Assembly (NCBI GenBank): GCA_964016885.1
Contig: OZ024742.1
Span: 42,098,001 to 42,162,000, forward strand
Length of the DNA: 64,000 nt
DNA from: Eledone cirrhosa
Lineage: Eukaryota
Direction of reading: 5' to 3'
The notes beneath the pieces are model-generated. The model made no database searches and was not told the DNA's origin. It worked only from the letters and a program-made list of their open reading frames with translations. The translations under genes were made by a program, and so were the position numbers. Positions 1-13,683 of the stretch are shown here, in pieces (position 1 is the stretch's first letter; each line of letters starts with the position of its first letter).

Positions 1-224
1 AGTCATCTTTCTCTTTCAACTTCTTAAATTCTCTATCTCTTTCTCACCTATACATGCATATATATATTTATATAGACACATTAAGTATTCCTATAAAGAT
101 GTGTATGTGTGTGTACTTGTAATTCTGTCCCTGCTGCGAAGTACATGTATAGGTACAGATTTATGCATTTAGGGGTCTCTAAATTTATATATACATGTTT
201 TCTGTTTGTGTGTATCTCTCACTT

Positions 225-280
<56 letters not shown>

Positions 281-321
281 ACTCCAATACTTTTGAACAC
301 ATATATATATATATATATATT

Positions 322-572
322 ATATTACTTATTTATGTTCATACATTGAACAAAAGCCCCACCTAAGGTTTCAAGGCCAAAATTTGACCATACCTCCAGA
401 ATATAAGAGACATCAAATTAGCAACCTTTCTTCAGGTGCTTAAACTCTTATAAACACCTGAAAAAAGATCACTAATTTGATGCTTCTTGTATTCTGGAGG
501 TATGGTCAAATTTGGGCCTTGAAGCCTTGGGTAGCACTTTTGTTCAATGTATGAACATAAATAAATAATATA
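322..572. repeat. Diverged palindrome (about 115-bp arms) between (TA)n tracts
   Basis: 322-438 is the reverse complement of about 455-572. Confidence 0.85.
354..441 (-). ncRNA. Hammerhead-like motif with extended stem II (degenerate)
   Basis: AAGCAC CUGAAGA AAGGUU..AAUUUGA...UCAAAUU..GGCCUU GAAA CCUUAGG UG GGGCUU; the mirror copy on + (458-540) has GUA at the cleavage site but a mutated core. Confidence 0.55.
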
Positions 573-1116
573 TTTTTGCTCTCTTCCTGATTGAGCACTG
601 TTTTCCTTTTTCCTTTTCACATCTATGGATATTGTTGCATATATATATTATCGTTTTTACATCTTTTTTCCATGGGTTGGGCAGGTCCATTTCAGCGCAG
701 CATCTCTCCACTCGCCGCATTCCTTCTTTGTCTCCTTTGTGAGTCTCAGTGATTTGAGATCAGCTCTCACCACCTCTGCCCAGCATTAGAGAGGTTGTCA
801 TGTCCTTGATGTGACTGGAGAGTTCTCTTACCTTTTTTGGTATGGTTTATATGGCTGGATGCCTTTCTTAATGTCTGCAATGATAGTTGTTTATGTCCTC
901 CATGAACAATACATCCTGCAATATAGTAGTTTGAAATGTATCATACATAGAATGTGGTATGAGTTGGTGTTGGGGAAGGGCATACAACCTTCAAAAACCT
1001 GTCAGAAAAAGATCTCATCCAACCCATGCAAGCATGGAAAAACAGATGTAGAAATGATGGTGATTGGAGGTAATTTTTATTTCTATCTTATTTTGTTGTT
1101 GCCTTATGTTTTTCAG

Positions 1117-1219
1117 AGTGGTAATAGCATTTACGTGATGAGCTCTGAATATGTGCCCAAGTATTTCTCACTACCAACTACACTTGCTACAGAATTTTGT
1201 GTTGATGACAACCCTGCTG
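1117..1219 (+). CDS. TCTN: Tectonic-family gene, internal coding exon (first visible; upstream exons outside window)
   Basis: tttcag|...|gtcagt; SGNSIYVMSSEYVPKYFSLPTTLATEFCVDDNPA resembles the tectonic F-x-x-P...C-x-D-x-N-P-A motif; phase 0 to 1. Confidence 0.88.
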
Positions 1220-2317
1220 GTCAGTAAAATAAAATGTATTACTCTTAATGCAATTTCTATTTAGAAAATCTAAACAAAACATATATATATATCCTGTCAC
1301 AATTGAGAGTGTTGTTATTGTTATGGCTCACACTAGTATAGGTTTAGTCAATCTGCTATGAGGTTTCTTTTAATTGTTTCTAATTTAGGCACAAAGCCTG
1401 CAATTTTGAGCGAGGGGAAAGTCAACTGTATTGACTCCAGTACTTCACTAGTACCTTATTTTATCATCCATAGAAGAATGAAAGGCAAAGTTGAACTCAG
1501 AAGGTAAAAGGTTGTAATGAAATACTGTAAGGTATTTTGTTCAATGCTCTAATGTTTACTAGTTCACTGCCTTTCTTAGGTCTTTCCAATGACTGAGGTG
1601 GGACCCAGAACACACAGACCTGGAACAAATACCATAAGGCATCCCATCCAACACTCTAACAATTCTGACAATCCACCACTCTGGACTGGTACCTTATTGA
1701 GACTGAAAGAACAAAATATAAAGTTATACTTGGAAATGCAGTAAGCTGGAACAAAAACTTCAAGGCATTTAATTTACTCATCGATAATATAAGCTCCATG
1801 TCTCTAGCAAATTATTTGCATGCAGTAATCCTGAAATATATCTGGAACAAAGAACCTCCATGATGGCCAAATATCAGATAGTATGTGTGTATTTATATAT
1901 GATAGAATCATCTAGCAGAGAAGTAACCAGTAAGTTACTAGGCTGAGTAAAAAAAATAAAAAGTTTGGAAAATGTCATGAAAAACTGATGTCATAGACAT
2001 TGCACCTAGATTAAAATGAAATTAGAACACACTGTAGCTGAGCTGTAAAAACATGCCTCTGATCCCTCAGCAGTCTGTTATTGTTGCTCGTTTTTTTAAG
2101 ACCAAGTCTGCTTCTGGCAATAACTCCTAACAAAAACTGACTTGGACCTTAGCGATCCATCCAATCCATGCCAGCTAGGAAAATGGATGTAAAATGATGT
2201 TGATAAATGAATACATTGACTATGAAATAGTAAAATATATATATATATATTCAAAAATTCTTCTCTAAAACGTAATATGTTTTTCTTTTTTAATCTAAAA
2301 TTATATCTATTCTTTAG

Positions 2318-2436
2318 CTTATTTAGTTGACAAGACAGTTCAATGTGTCAGAGATCTGAAAAATCTAGATAAAGAATGTGAGTCTTCTCCAGGAATTTCT
2401 GCTTACACTTATTTTAAAAACTTCAAGGTGGTAGTA
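2318..2436 (+). CDS. TCTN: Tectonic exon
   Basis: tctttag|...|gtaagt; (A)YLVDKTVQCVRDLKNLDKECESSPGISAYTYFKNFKVVV continues the NPA-x-L...C-x-R pattern; phase 1 to 0. Confidence 0.88.
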
Positions 2437-4272
2437 GTAAGTAGTCCTACTTTTTTTCAATTTTTGTTGTCATGAATCTCTGCTGAAATGATAGAAACCA
2501 AGTACAGTCTGTCCAATTTTTACACAAACTTGAAGTACGCGAATTTGCTTTAACGCCTCTTGAAAAAATATAAAATATCCACTTTGTGCTATAACATGTG
2601 TGGTTTTTAATTTTTTTATTTATCAGAAATATTAAACTTGAATTATTAAATTTGCTTTACGTGCCGCGTTCACAAACGTTTCTTCGTGTAAAAAGCAAAC
2701 ACACTGTATATTGTCCTTCATGAAATATTTCAGCTTAGAGTGACTGCTACACAATAACCAATAACCATATAGTTTTTGACAGATGTGTATCCCAGTAACA
2801 ACAACTGTAAGCAAACTAAAAATGTTTTCACTGCTGCAATACTATTATTCATATCTAATGTATATACTCATGTATAAGTTACTCCACCATGTATGGCAGT
2901 AATGCTGGTGTTGTGAAAAATGCTCCTGTTACACATTGTAAACTGGTTGGCATTATGAAGGACATCCAACTGTAGAAACTATGCCAAAAATGGAATGTAT
3001 GAACAAGATGTGGTCACCTGACCTGTCTAGTCTCAAAGCATAACAACCCATCAAGCATGAAAAATGGGCATGATGGTGATGATAGTGATTTACAGTAATC
3101 GTCATCATCATTTCCATTTAACATCAATTTTTCCACGCTTGCATGGGTCATCCACGCCGGGGGGTAAATCTGGCCTGGGTTGGCCATCTGTTGCACCTTT
3201 ATCCAGCAAGGACTGTAAATTTGGCTGGATGCCCTTCCTAACACCAACCATGTTTGCAGTGTGGAACTGGATGGCTCCGTTATGAGGAGGGACAGGCCAG
3301 TTGGTCGCGCCGAACCCATCTCACAACGGAACCATGTTTTCAGAGCCCAACCATTCACGCAATAGAACCATAGTTTTGGAGTCTGGTACTGGGTGGCACT
3401 GCTGAGGAGGGACAGGTGTGGAACCACAGTTTGGCAGCCTGGTGTTGGATGGCACCAGTATGCAAAGGGACCAGTGATACCACTATGATGAGGGACAGGC
3501 CAGTTGGAGCCCAGTACTGAATGGCACTGATACGAGGAGTCTTACTTACTCACAGCGTGGCCCAGTATCGGATGGCACCACCATGAGGACAGACAGGCCA
3601 GCTGGCCATGCTGAACCCACCACACAGCATAACCATAGTTGAGGGGCCCGATATTGGATGACGCCACTATGAGGAAGGATAGGTGTAGGACCACAGTATG
3701 GGAACCTGGCTCACAGCAGGAACACACACAATCTCACTTAACCTATTTTTCAGCATCCCTATGTTGATGGTTGCCTCTCTGAAATCACAGGTGAGGCATA
3801 CAGTTTTCCTTGTGGTGTGTGATATCTTTGCGCAGATTATTTGTGCCCAGTTTGGTGTTTGCATCGTGACCTTGTTCATTATTGATATTACTTACTGGCC
3901 AACGTTATTTGCATGTGTTAGTGGTTGCTAAATTAACAATAGGGTTCGGGGGGGGGGGGGCATGAGGATTAGAAGGTAGTTGCCTCCATGGGTGTGGAGG
4001 TGTGTGCATAATGTGATTAGGTTTATATGGTGGTCTTGTTTTCTATTGGACTTTGTTACGGTGGAGAGTGGGGTGGGGGGTGGGGGGGCAAAAATGTCTA
4101 CGATAATCGAGACTCTTTTTTTGGCTATAGACTACACATGTTATGATTAAAATATTCTAAATAACTATTTACTTAAGCAATATGACAAAATAAATGTAGA
4201 TATGTATTATTTTACGAAGTTAAATTAATTTGTATTCTTGAAAAAGTATTTCTATGTGGATTTATTTTCCAG

Positions 4273-4354
4273 ACCCCGAAGGCTTTTGAAAGGTCATTTT
4301 TTAAATCAACACTGAATAAAATTCTAAATGAATCTAAAGGTAAAAATAATACAG
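4273..4354 (+). CDS. TCTN: Tectonic exon (variable linker)
   Basis: ttttccag|...|gtaggt; TPKAFERSFFKSTLNKILNESKGKNNT; phase 0 to 1, as needed to bridge the flanking exons. Confidence 0.72.
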
Positions 4355-4866
4355 GTAGGTTATTAATAATGTATTAAATATATTTTGCGAAGTTAGCTTC
4401 AACATCATCATTTTACATTCATTTCCCATGCTGGGTTGAACGTATCAGAGAATTACATCTTGCCGAAAGGCTCCATATTTTGGCTCAGTATCTATGACAA
4501 GATGCTCTTCCTCACACCAACGACTTTACAGAATGTATTGAGTGCATTTTATTATGACTCCAGCTCAAGAAAGGCTGTCACATTACTCAACAAAACCAAA
4601 GAATCCTCTTCATTTAAACACCAACCACTATACAGGGTGCATTTTATATATTTTTATGAAATAACTCACTGTGAACAGGTATTTCTTAAATGGAAACTCT
4701 TCATAATGATGCTACTGCTGCTTCTTACAATTATGAACTCTTCTGTTTTAAAGTAGAATTACTTTAACCATTACACTGCTTAACTACAGAAAGGCAATGA
4801 TCTTAGTTCGTTGATGCTGTTAGTTAAAATAGCAGAATGGATTGTGTTGGGTTATCAAATATTAAT

Positions 4867-5056
4867 TTAACCCTTTAGCGTTCATGTTACTCTACATTTA
4901 CTATTATATTTTCACGGTAAAGGCTTTACCCCACATAATATCGGATTTAGGAGATTTGGATATTATTTATTTTAAGAAGTATGAGCAGCTGGTTTGAACA
5001 GAAGGAGGTGAGAGAATTCTGGTTGGATACAGCCAGTTTAAATGCTAAAGGGTTAA
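4867..5056. mobile_element. piggyBac-type MITE family (about 200 bp, TTAA TSD, CCCTTTAGCATTTA TIR)
   Basis: TTAA|CCCTTTAGC...GCTAAAGGG|TTAA; further copies at 6843-7060, 9230-9425, 22921-23120, 47652-47865, 48969-49177, 53696-53907, 58247-58464 and 58636-58862. Confidence 0.88.
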
Positions 5057-7304
5057 ATCTACTGTGGACATTTTGTTGTATTTCTGTAGAAACACTATAA
5101 TCTAAATTATGCCAGTTCTAGCTGTCAGGGGAAATTATTTGTAGTAGACTAGCATCTTGTTCAAATGAAGTTTTGTCTCTTGTCAGCTTAACACTTAACA
5201 CAGAAACAACAATTAAGTACTGGCTCTCTGGAATATTTAGTTTATGAAATAATTACCTTTTAACATCATATCTTTAAAAATATATGTGATCTCAAGAAGG
5301 TCATCCAGTTAAAAATACTGCCTCAGCCAAACCATACCAGCATGGAAAAGTAAAAATGATGATAAATGAAGCAGATTTTCTCTATTATTTTACCAATTTA
5401 TTTTAATTTCATTACACAATATAAACTATTGTTACACAAGAGTTGTTGTGGGACTACAGGCAGGCCAACAAACAAGGTAGACTCTGTTTGTTGAAGCTGC
5501 ACAGGAGGAGTCAGCAGTCTGAGCATCAATAAAATATAATCTTTCCAATATTCAGAAGCCCTCATAGAAATGGTTGAAAGCTTCAATTACCTAAGTAACC
5601 TAATTAGCTTTTGAAGTGGGTACTCTGAAAGCACAGGACCTAGAATAAGGACAGTGCTGGTGTTATAATAAAATGCATTCAGTACACTCTATAAAATGTA
5701 TGTAACTGAAATCCAGCCCCAAATCTGTATGTAAATACAATGGTACTGATTTAGTACTGACTGCTCATCCAACATATGCTAGCATGGAAAAACACATTAA
5801 TTGATGATGATAGTCACTTGAATAGATTGATTAGTGATGGTTTGTGCCAGCTTTCTGCTGGGGCATGAACATTTCAGTTTCTTCTCTATTAAAGAGTTTC
5901 ACCTGAAACATTGATCCCGATATGTGTTACTGGTACTTTATTTTATCGACCCCGTGAGGATGAAAGGCAAAGCTAGCCTTGTTGAAATTTGAACTCAGAA
6001 CATAAAGGGCCGTAACTCTCTGCCGCGAAGCAGGGTGTCCAACGCTCTACCAATACTGCCAATCCACCACTTAGGAAGTCTTTAATAATGGTTTCTTATA
6101 TAGGCACAAGGCCAACCATTTTTGGGGAGAGGAAAGTCAATTAAATCGACCCCAGTGCGTTACTGGTACTTTATTTTATCGATCCCATAAGGATGAAAGA
6201 CAAAGTTAACCTCGGCAGGATTTGAACTCAGATCATAAAGGGCCGTAACTCTATGCTGCAAAGCATGTCTGACGCCCTACTGATACTGCCAATCCGCTGC
6301 TCTGGAAGTCTTTAATAATAAAACTATTTCAATAGCTTTGGCAACAGAGTGCGTTAATGGTTATAAGCCATAACATGAAAAGAGGTGAGCTTACTCAGGG
6401 ATGCTTTATTGGAAACCTAACTTTACAAGTAGGAAGTTTCTATTTTCTTAATATTACAAACATTAAGAGGGCAGTGGATTAGCAGAATTGTTAGAGCATC
6501 GGACAAAATGCTTTGCAGCATTTAGTTACGACCCTTAAGGTTCTGAGGTCAACTTTGCCAGTCATCCTTCTGGAGTCAATAAAAAAGTACTAGACAAGTA
6601 CTGGGTTTGATTTGATCAACTTTGCCCATCCCCCAAAACTGCTCTTTTTTTTCTGTCTGAAATTGGTGTTTATAATGTTTCTAATATAATTACTGTATCT
6701 GGTGTAGCATGGATACACTGTATCTCTATGTTGTAAGAGGTAGATAAAAGGGCTTGCACTAAGAAGGGCATCTGGGCATAAATCATTGCCTCCAAAAGAA
6801 CCTACTTTAGTTGGGAAATGGCCTTAAAATGCATGTTGTTGTTTAACCCTTTAGCATTTACATTACTCTATATATACTATATATTTTCACAGTAAAGGCT
6901 TTATCTCATATAATTATTTCACATAATATTGAATCTATGAGACTTTGATGTTATTTATTTTGAGAACAATACCTTAACATCAGTACGAGGGGCCAATTTG
7001 AACAGAAAAAGGTGAAAGAATTCTGGCCAGATACAGCCGGTTTAAATGCTAAATGGTTAATTACTGTAAATATCTGAACAATTGTTACCACTCATCTTGT
7101 TTAAAATATGTTAATTAGAATTATTATTAGATTATCATTATTTTTACCATCATCAAAAGTCTACAAGTGTTATAGGTACCCATCAAAACAATCTTCACTA
7201 TTATGGAAGCTATCACCAATGTCATATCTATAATTACTACCATTGAAACAAACACCTGTAAATAGAAAACATAATGATTTTCATTTTCTGTTATAATTTA
7301 TCAG

Positions 7305-7495
7305 AAAACTCATCTTATTTACTTTTAGATCATCTATCTGCTTTTGATTTGTATAACGGCAACTTTACTATTGCAATATCAAATATCACAATATGTGGTG
7401 AATATGAATGCATTGATCAATCAGAATTCAACAGCTCCACAAATCAATTTGCTCCTGTATTAACTGACACCACTTGCAAAAATGTTGTTAACAAG
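7305..7495 (+). CDS. TCTN: Tectonic exon
   Basis: ttatcag|...|gtagga; (E)NSSYLLLDHLSAFDLYNG...APVLTDTTCKNVVNK with the P...C-x-N-V-V motif; phase 1 to 0. Confidence 0.85.
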
Positions 7496-8804
7496 GTAGG
7501 AATCTTAATGTATTATTTGGCCTGGGTATGAATTTTTATAATTTTTATTTTAATCTTACTGAAACGGTAAAAAGCAGCCACCCTTCACTGTAAAGTGATT
7601 GTGTAAATGCCACAACAAAAAGCACCCAGTCCACACTGTAAAGTGGTCGTGTAGGTGTCACAATAAAAAGCACCCAATACTCACTGTAAATGAGGTTAGC
7701 GTTAGGAGGACATCCAGCTGTAGAAACCAAGCCCAAATCAGATCTGTGTGAGGAAGGCATGGTCACCTGACCTAGCATTGCTCACAACAGGACAACTCGT
7801 CTAACCCATGCTAGCGTGGAAAAATGGCTGTAAAATGGTGATGATGATTACTGAAATGTATACCAAGCTTCTTTGAAGCTAATTCTACCATAAGATAGCA
7901 TCATCAATATAATAACTATATAAGGAATAGATTTCTACTATTTTGTTTCTTTATTCAGTATTTGAGAGTGGATCATTCAAATTTAAGTACTTATTTGTGA
8001 TCATTGAATATACTGTGTGTATCCACTTTAGAATAGGTACACTATCCCTGTATGTCGTAAGAAGCAACTAAAAGGGTTGGCACCATGAAAAGCATCCAAC
8101 CGTAAAACATTCCTTTGAAAAAAGATCCCAGGATAAGCTTGAAGTTCTTCATAGAACCCATAAAGCTAAGCCCTCCTTTGGCAGGGTAAAAAAGGCCCTA
8201 AAATACTTGCTGCATTTGTGATCATAGAGTGAATGGTTTATTACTTGATGATTTTTCTGATAATTACCATTTTACGATGAAGTAGATGTAAAATCTGAGG
8301 TACATCGTGAGTAACATCTCATTTGTTGCTTTTACTTTATTGGTTCTTATCAATGAGTTCATTTGTAACAATATGGTCAAGATATTTGCTTAGCAATCAT
8401 GTGGTTTCATGTTTGATTTCACTGCACAACACCTTCAGCAGATATTTTCTACCATAGCTTAGGGTTGACTCAAGCCTTGTATGTTGAATTAAGTTGATGG
8501 AAACTGCAGAAATCCATCAGATGATCTATACATGTTCTTGGATGGTTGATGTAATCATTGACTTGTCTAACACCATGACCTGGCCCTTGGATATCTTTAG
8601 CAGAGTCCACTCTCTTAGAAGCATTGTCACCAAGTCACCATTCAGAAAACTGGCGCAGATATGTTAGTCACCAGAAAGCAAATTGATTTGTGTTTGTACC
8701 AGCATTAAAAGGTCAATAACTTGTTTAAGACATTTTAGATTTTTTTATAGTAATCATTTTATACAGTTATGCTTACTTTGTGTAAATTATTCTTTTCTTT
8801 CTAG

Positions 8805-8930
8805 GTTGTTTATCACTTTATACATAATGGTACATATGGTATTATTTCAATCAGTGTGACTCTGCAGTTAATATCTTTGCAAGAATCTGATTTACCTTTT
8901 ACCCAAACCTTCTCTACAGAATTTCAAGAG
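8805..8930 (+). CDS. TCTN: Tectonic exon
   Basis: tttctag|...|gtaatt; VVYHFIHNGTYGIISISVTLQLISLQESDLPFTQTFSTEFQE (V-x-Y...NG...I and Q-x-F...F); 126 nt, phase 0 to 0. Confidence 0.88.
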
Positions 8931-8988
8931 GTAATTTTCTGAATACTATAATACAAAAAATAATCTTTAAAAAAAATCATTATGAATG

Positions 8989-9164
8989 GAGGTAGTGACT
9001 TCACAGCAGGCTGGGGGCTGGGGGCCTGCATCTCGCCTATGAACCTTCTCCATACCAAGTACTCAGATGGTTCAAAGTCCCTGTAAGCAAGTCCTGGGTC
9101 ATCAGTAGTGTGCAGGAATGTAAGCGAGATGCAAGTACCCAGCCAACTGTAGGGTCAGTACCTC
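8989..9164. mobile_element. Small MITE-like element
   Basis: GAGGTAGTGACTTCACAG...CTGTAGGGTCAGTACCTC imperfect TIRs. Confidence 0.5.
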
Positions 9165-10295
9165 TGTTTTGTATACCAACTTGGTCTGCTGGACAACCCA
9201 TCCAACTCTTGGTTCAGGAAAAGCAGACATTAACACTTTAGCATTTACATTACTCTATATTTACTATTGTAATATTGTGGTAAAAGCTTTATCTTACGTA
9301 CTTATTGAATCTATGAGATTTTGATGTTATTTATTTAACGTCAGTTTGATTGGCTAGTTACGACCGGTTTAAACAGAAAGAGGTGAAAGAATTCTGGCTG
9401 GATACGGCCATTGCTAAAGGGTTAACCAATAATGATTATGATGATGATTATAAATTAGCCTGTAGCTAAGATGACTTTTATAAATATAATATAAAATATA
9501 ATATAAAATTGATCTAATGAAAAATATTATACTATTTCTCGCTATTTTCCTTTTTTTTTAAAACATCTGTCTCCATGTCAGCATGGGTCAGATGAAGTTT
9601 AGAAACTTGTATAAAATTGTAACAATTGTTTTTTCACAATTAGATGCTCTTCCTACTATTAACCAGCCACCCACAAAGTTGAAGTAGAACATTTTTGTCA
9701 GTTAGGCAGGTTATGTACCATCCAGCTTACATACCAGTACACAACAGTGCACCTGAGTACTGTACACAATAATTTTCATTATTTTATTTTATTATTTATT
9801 ATTTAACAACTAAAGTAAGGTTTGAACTCTTATCCGTGTAATGTGTAATCCACCACTTTAACTTCACAACCTTTGTATCTCCTCATAGACAGAATAATCA
9901 GTGTGATCCCAGAGCCAAGGATGTTGATCTTAATAGACAGGTGATATGATATCAAGAGGAGTAATAGTATGCTGTACCACAGTTCTGTTTAACCGATGCT
10001 AGTAAAGAAAGGTAGACATAAAAACTGTGTTGACGAGGAGAATATATGTACTATGGAGCAATTTGTTTCTACTAAATTCAATTTAATCTACATAATATTT
10101 TTGTTATATATTGTTTACAGATAGCTATAATTTTGTTTGCTTTCCATTCCTTTTTTTAACCCTTTTGATACAAACCCACTCAAAATCAGCTCTGGCTCTA
10201 TGATCCCAAACCACCCATTTTAAAAAGTTCCTATTTAAATTTAAATCTTCCAACATAATTTTATATAAGAACTATATGCTATCTCAGTAATGAAA

Positions 10296-10842
10296 TCTAA
10301 ACTATAATAAAGGAAGGTCTGCGGGACTGCGTACGGTTTATTTTTTTTTTATTCCGTTAGTAAAATAAGTTGGATTACTTTGAATAAATAATGAATGAAT
10401 ATTACATAATTTATCTACTAAATTTTGTAAACAAAAATAATTTCGTAAAAATAAATAATTTAAAATTGACTTCTTTTCAAAGTTGCACTTCCGGTATATC
10501 GTTGCCACCACCACCACTTCAACTACCATATATATAGAAAGAGAGAGTGTGTGATGTCAACACTTCCAGTGGTGATTACTTAAATAAACATACTAATTTT
10601 CTGTCACTAATTTTCTCCTAACGCAGTTTATATATAATATTGTCTTTTTTTAATGTATCATGGATTACGTTACTGATTACATAAGACAGTGTAACGTAGT
10701 CTTCGTTCAATTTCTGTTTATATTGTCAATTACGATTTTATTTGATGTATCATATCTACATGTATATATACTTGCATATAATATCAATATACACACTACA
10801 CATGCTAGCAGAAAACCACCCTAAGGGTGTTTTTTCTGCTAG
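10296..10842 (+). mobile_element. Non-autonomous Helitron nested in a TTAA-flanked MITE (10156-10936)
   Basis: A|TCTAAACTATAATAAA start; subterminal hairpin CACCC-TAA-GGGTG; CTAG|T end. Confidence 0.75.
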
Positions 10843-10960
10843 TAATTAATAATTTTTGCAAATTCTTTGAAATTTTTTTTATTAATTAATTGAAATATAG
10901 TGTATTTCCTTATAAATATGATTATTAAAGGATTAACACCTTTTTTAATTTATTTTTCAG

Positions 10961-11064
10961 TTGGGGGCAGAAAATAGCAAGTATTTCAAGAGGAGTGGTA
11001 ACCCAGGTTACGTAAGAGGTGAACCATTATTAGCTGGAATTAAAGTCAATGTGCCATCAGGAGG
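10961..11064 (+). CDS. TCTN: Tectonic exon with hallmark SGNPGY motif
   Basis: tttttcag|...|gtaaat; LGAENSKYFKRSGNPGYVRGEPLLAGIKVNVPSG; phase 0 to 2. Confidence 0.95.
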
Positions 11065-11715
11065 GTAAATTTTCAATTTATTTTCATTTATTTTCAATTG
11101 GCAAGAATTTTTAAAAGAATGTTAATCACCATCATCATATGTCCAGCATTATATGCTGGCATCGGTTGGACGGTCATTGCAGATCAAGTCAGTATTTAAT
11201 CAGAGCTACTGTCCTTACTTAGTCCAGTTTTGGTATGATTTCTACAGCTGGATGCCTTTCCAAAACACCAACTACTGTATAGGTACCAACAGTGCTGCCT
11301 TACATGTGGACTGGGTGCTTTTTGTCATAGTACCAGTACAACCACTTCACAGGGTGGGCTGGGTGCTTTTTTTGTCATGGTACCAGAGTGGACTAGGTGC
11401 TTTTTGTTGTGGTACCAGCACTATCACCATACAGGGTGGTCTGGGTGCTTTTGGTCATGGTACCAGTATGGCCACTTTATAGATTGAATTGGGTGCTTTT
11501 TGTCAAGGCACCAGCACAACCAGCTTATGGGGTGAACTGGATACTTTTTTTGTTGTGTTACCAACACAACCATCTTACAGGGTGGGCTGGATGCTTTTTT
11601 GAGATGGTACCAGCACAACTACATTACAGAGACTAACAATCAATTCATCATTTTAAATAAAGATGAATTAACATAATTCTCTCTTTACTAATATCTATTG
11701 TATTTTTGCTTTCAG

Positions 11716-11850
11716 TTCTGTAATTAATTTAAATAGTGATCGTACCAATTGGCTTACAATTCCTCAACCATCTCCTGATGGCTCATGTACTATCGACAAT
11801 CGAGTGCCCGTTACTTTTGGTGTTGATATGCGGTCTGGTTGTTTCTTAAA
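11716..11850 (+). CDS. TCTN: Tectonic exon
   Basis: ctttcag|...|gtaagt; SVINLNSDRTNWLTIPQPSPDGSCTIDNRVPVTFGVDMRSGCFL (R-x-P-V-x-FG...SGC); phase 2 to 2. Confidence 0.93.
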
Positions 11851-13208
11851 GTAAGTCAATCTACTAAAGTTTCAAAGCAAAGAAAAAGATTGTCCTCAGC
11901 TTTATGATTCTAGAAAATTTTGCCCTTAGACACAACCTCAATTTTTGATAAAAAATCAGCATTGCAATAAAATTAATTATTATGGATTATTATTGAATTG
12001 TTTATCTCAGGAATTTTACCTGCCTTACATAGATAGAATGAATTGTTTAATCTTCAGCACGCTCTAGGTGCATATGTCAATAGAGTAATATCCCCTTAAT
12101 ACATAATGCAGTGTCAAGGGAAGCAATTCATAAAAATTTCTAGCATGCTAAAGATTAATAATATAATAATTATCATTAAAAAATAATATTTAAATGAAAC
12201 GTGGGGAGGGGGGAATTAAGTAACAAAGGAAATGGAGGGACTGACTCTATACTCCAGTCTGAATGGGGATTTGGCTGAGCCCTACAGACATAATAGTAAA
12301 GGCATTACCATGGAGAATGACCAGCAACAGCCACCCTCGTTCATGGGGCTCCGTCCTCAGGCTGAGGCAGCAGTACAGGGACCAAAGACACCAGAGGCCC
12401 CCACAGCAACCAGTAAAAAAGAAAGCAGTCAATAAAGCCCTGGTAATTGTACATTGAGTAATTTCAATACCACCTACTAAACCAGAAGTTTCCAACCTGG
12501 GTGTCTGCAAAAATAGTTCATGAGCTAAGTTTAAAATTTCAACTACTTTGTTAAAAATATAATATGCACACTGTTAGGTAGGCATTCTTAGTATAAATCT
12601 CATTCAATTGTTATTTTTATCATATAGCAATCTAGAAAATGAGTAATTATAATGAGGATGAGGGGAGGGAGTCATTTAAACAAAAGAGGTTCTTGATAGT
12701 GAAAAGGTTGAGAGCCACTGTACTAAACCATAAAAGGATGTGGTGACTCTTATTTTCAGATCAGTAGTTTAAGCTAGGAGCAGAGAAGTATTTTTGAAGG
12801 CAGGCTAGATTGGAAATATTTTTATGTCTTGTGGGCCAAAGTGATTAAAACATAAATTTATGATTTAACAAGGCTATGGGACCAACTTTTTTTTTAATTA
12901 TAAAATTATATATATAAAAAAAATTCTTAAACTTCTATTTACTATTAATCAATGAATGATATGTAAATGTGTTTCACAAAATGCCTACTGAAGAAAAATG
13001 CAGTAAATCATTATAGGTTTTGTGAATCCCATACTGTCACAAGCTTTGTAGACCTTCCAATGGAATTTTTCCTGTATACACATATTTTTCCACAATCAGT
13101 TGTAATACACTTTAAATGTTTCCAAACCAGATTGCACCTAGTCAATGTTTCCCTCTTCTCTTCACAGTTCAATATTTAAATATCTTCTTTTGCTATTTTA
13201 TTACTCAG

Positions 13209-13374
13209 AATAAGAGCAAATGATTTCCGTTTTCTGTGTGATAATCTTGAAAATATGATTAATACTATGTGGAATCAAAATGTAACCCATGTAGCAAAAT
13301 TTGGTAACTCTGCAATAGAATCTGTTGGTGACTGGGTAACAATAATTAAACAAAATAAACCTCCACAACCTCAA
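13209..13374 (+). CDS. TCTN: Tectonic exon
   Basis: tactcag|...|gtaaga; IRANDFRFLCDNLENMINTMWNQNVTHVAKFGNSAIESVGDWVTIIKQNKPPQPQ (VA-x-FGNS...DW); phase 2 to 0. Confidence 0.93.
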
Positions 13375-13683
13375 GTAAGAATTTGTTATTTTTTTTTTTT
13401 GTTCTGTTTTATTTATTATGAAATGAAGTAAAAGAAAAACTTACTTTCTTTTCTTGTTTTGCTTTACATCTAAAACTTTTCTTAAATGTGATTTTCTCTG
13501 TTTTGTGTCCTGTTTATTTATATTTAGGATATATGGATGTATAACTCCACACATATTCATATGTTATATAAACCTTTGCAATATTTAGCCATACATTTAC
13601 TAAAGAGTATGGTTGCTGACATTTTAAATCTGCTTTCCCATGCTAACATGTTGGATAGGTCATTATGGATCTAGTCACTACTT

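Noticed and set aside
109-366. YIYIYI-type ORFs (also 25259, 26247 and others)
   Set aside because: Translations of (TA)n microsatellites
12232-12510. Overlapping short ORFs in a GC-richer patch
   Set aside because: No splice-consistent link to tectonic; lies in a probable hAT-derived remnant ending GTTGAGAGCCACTG near 12720
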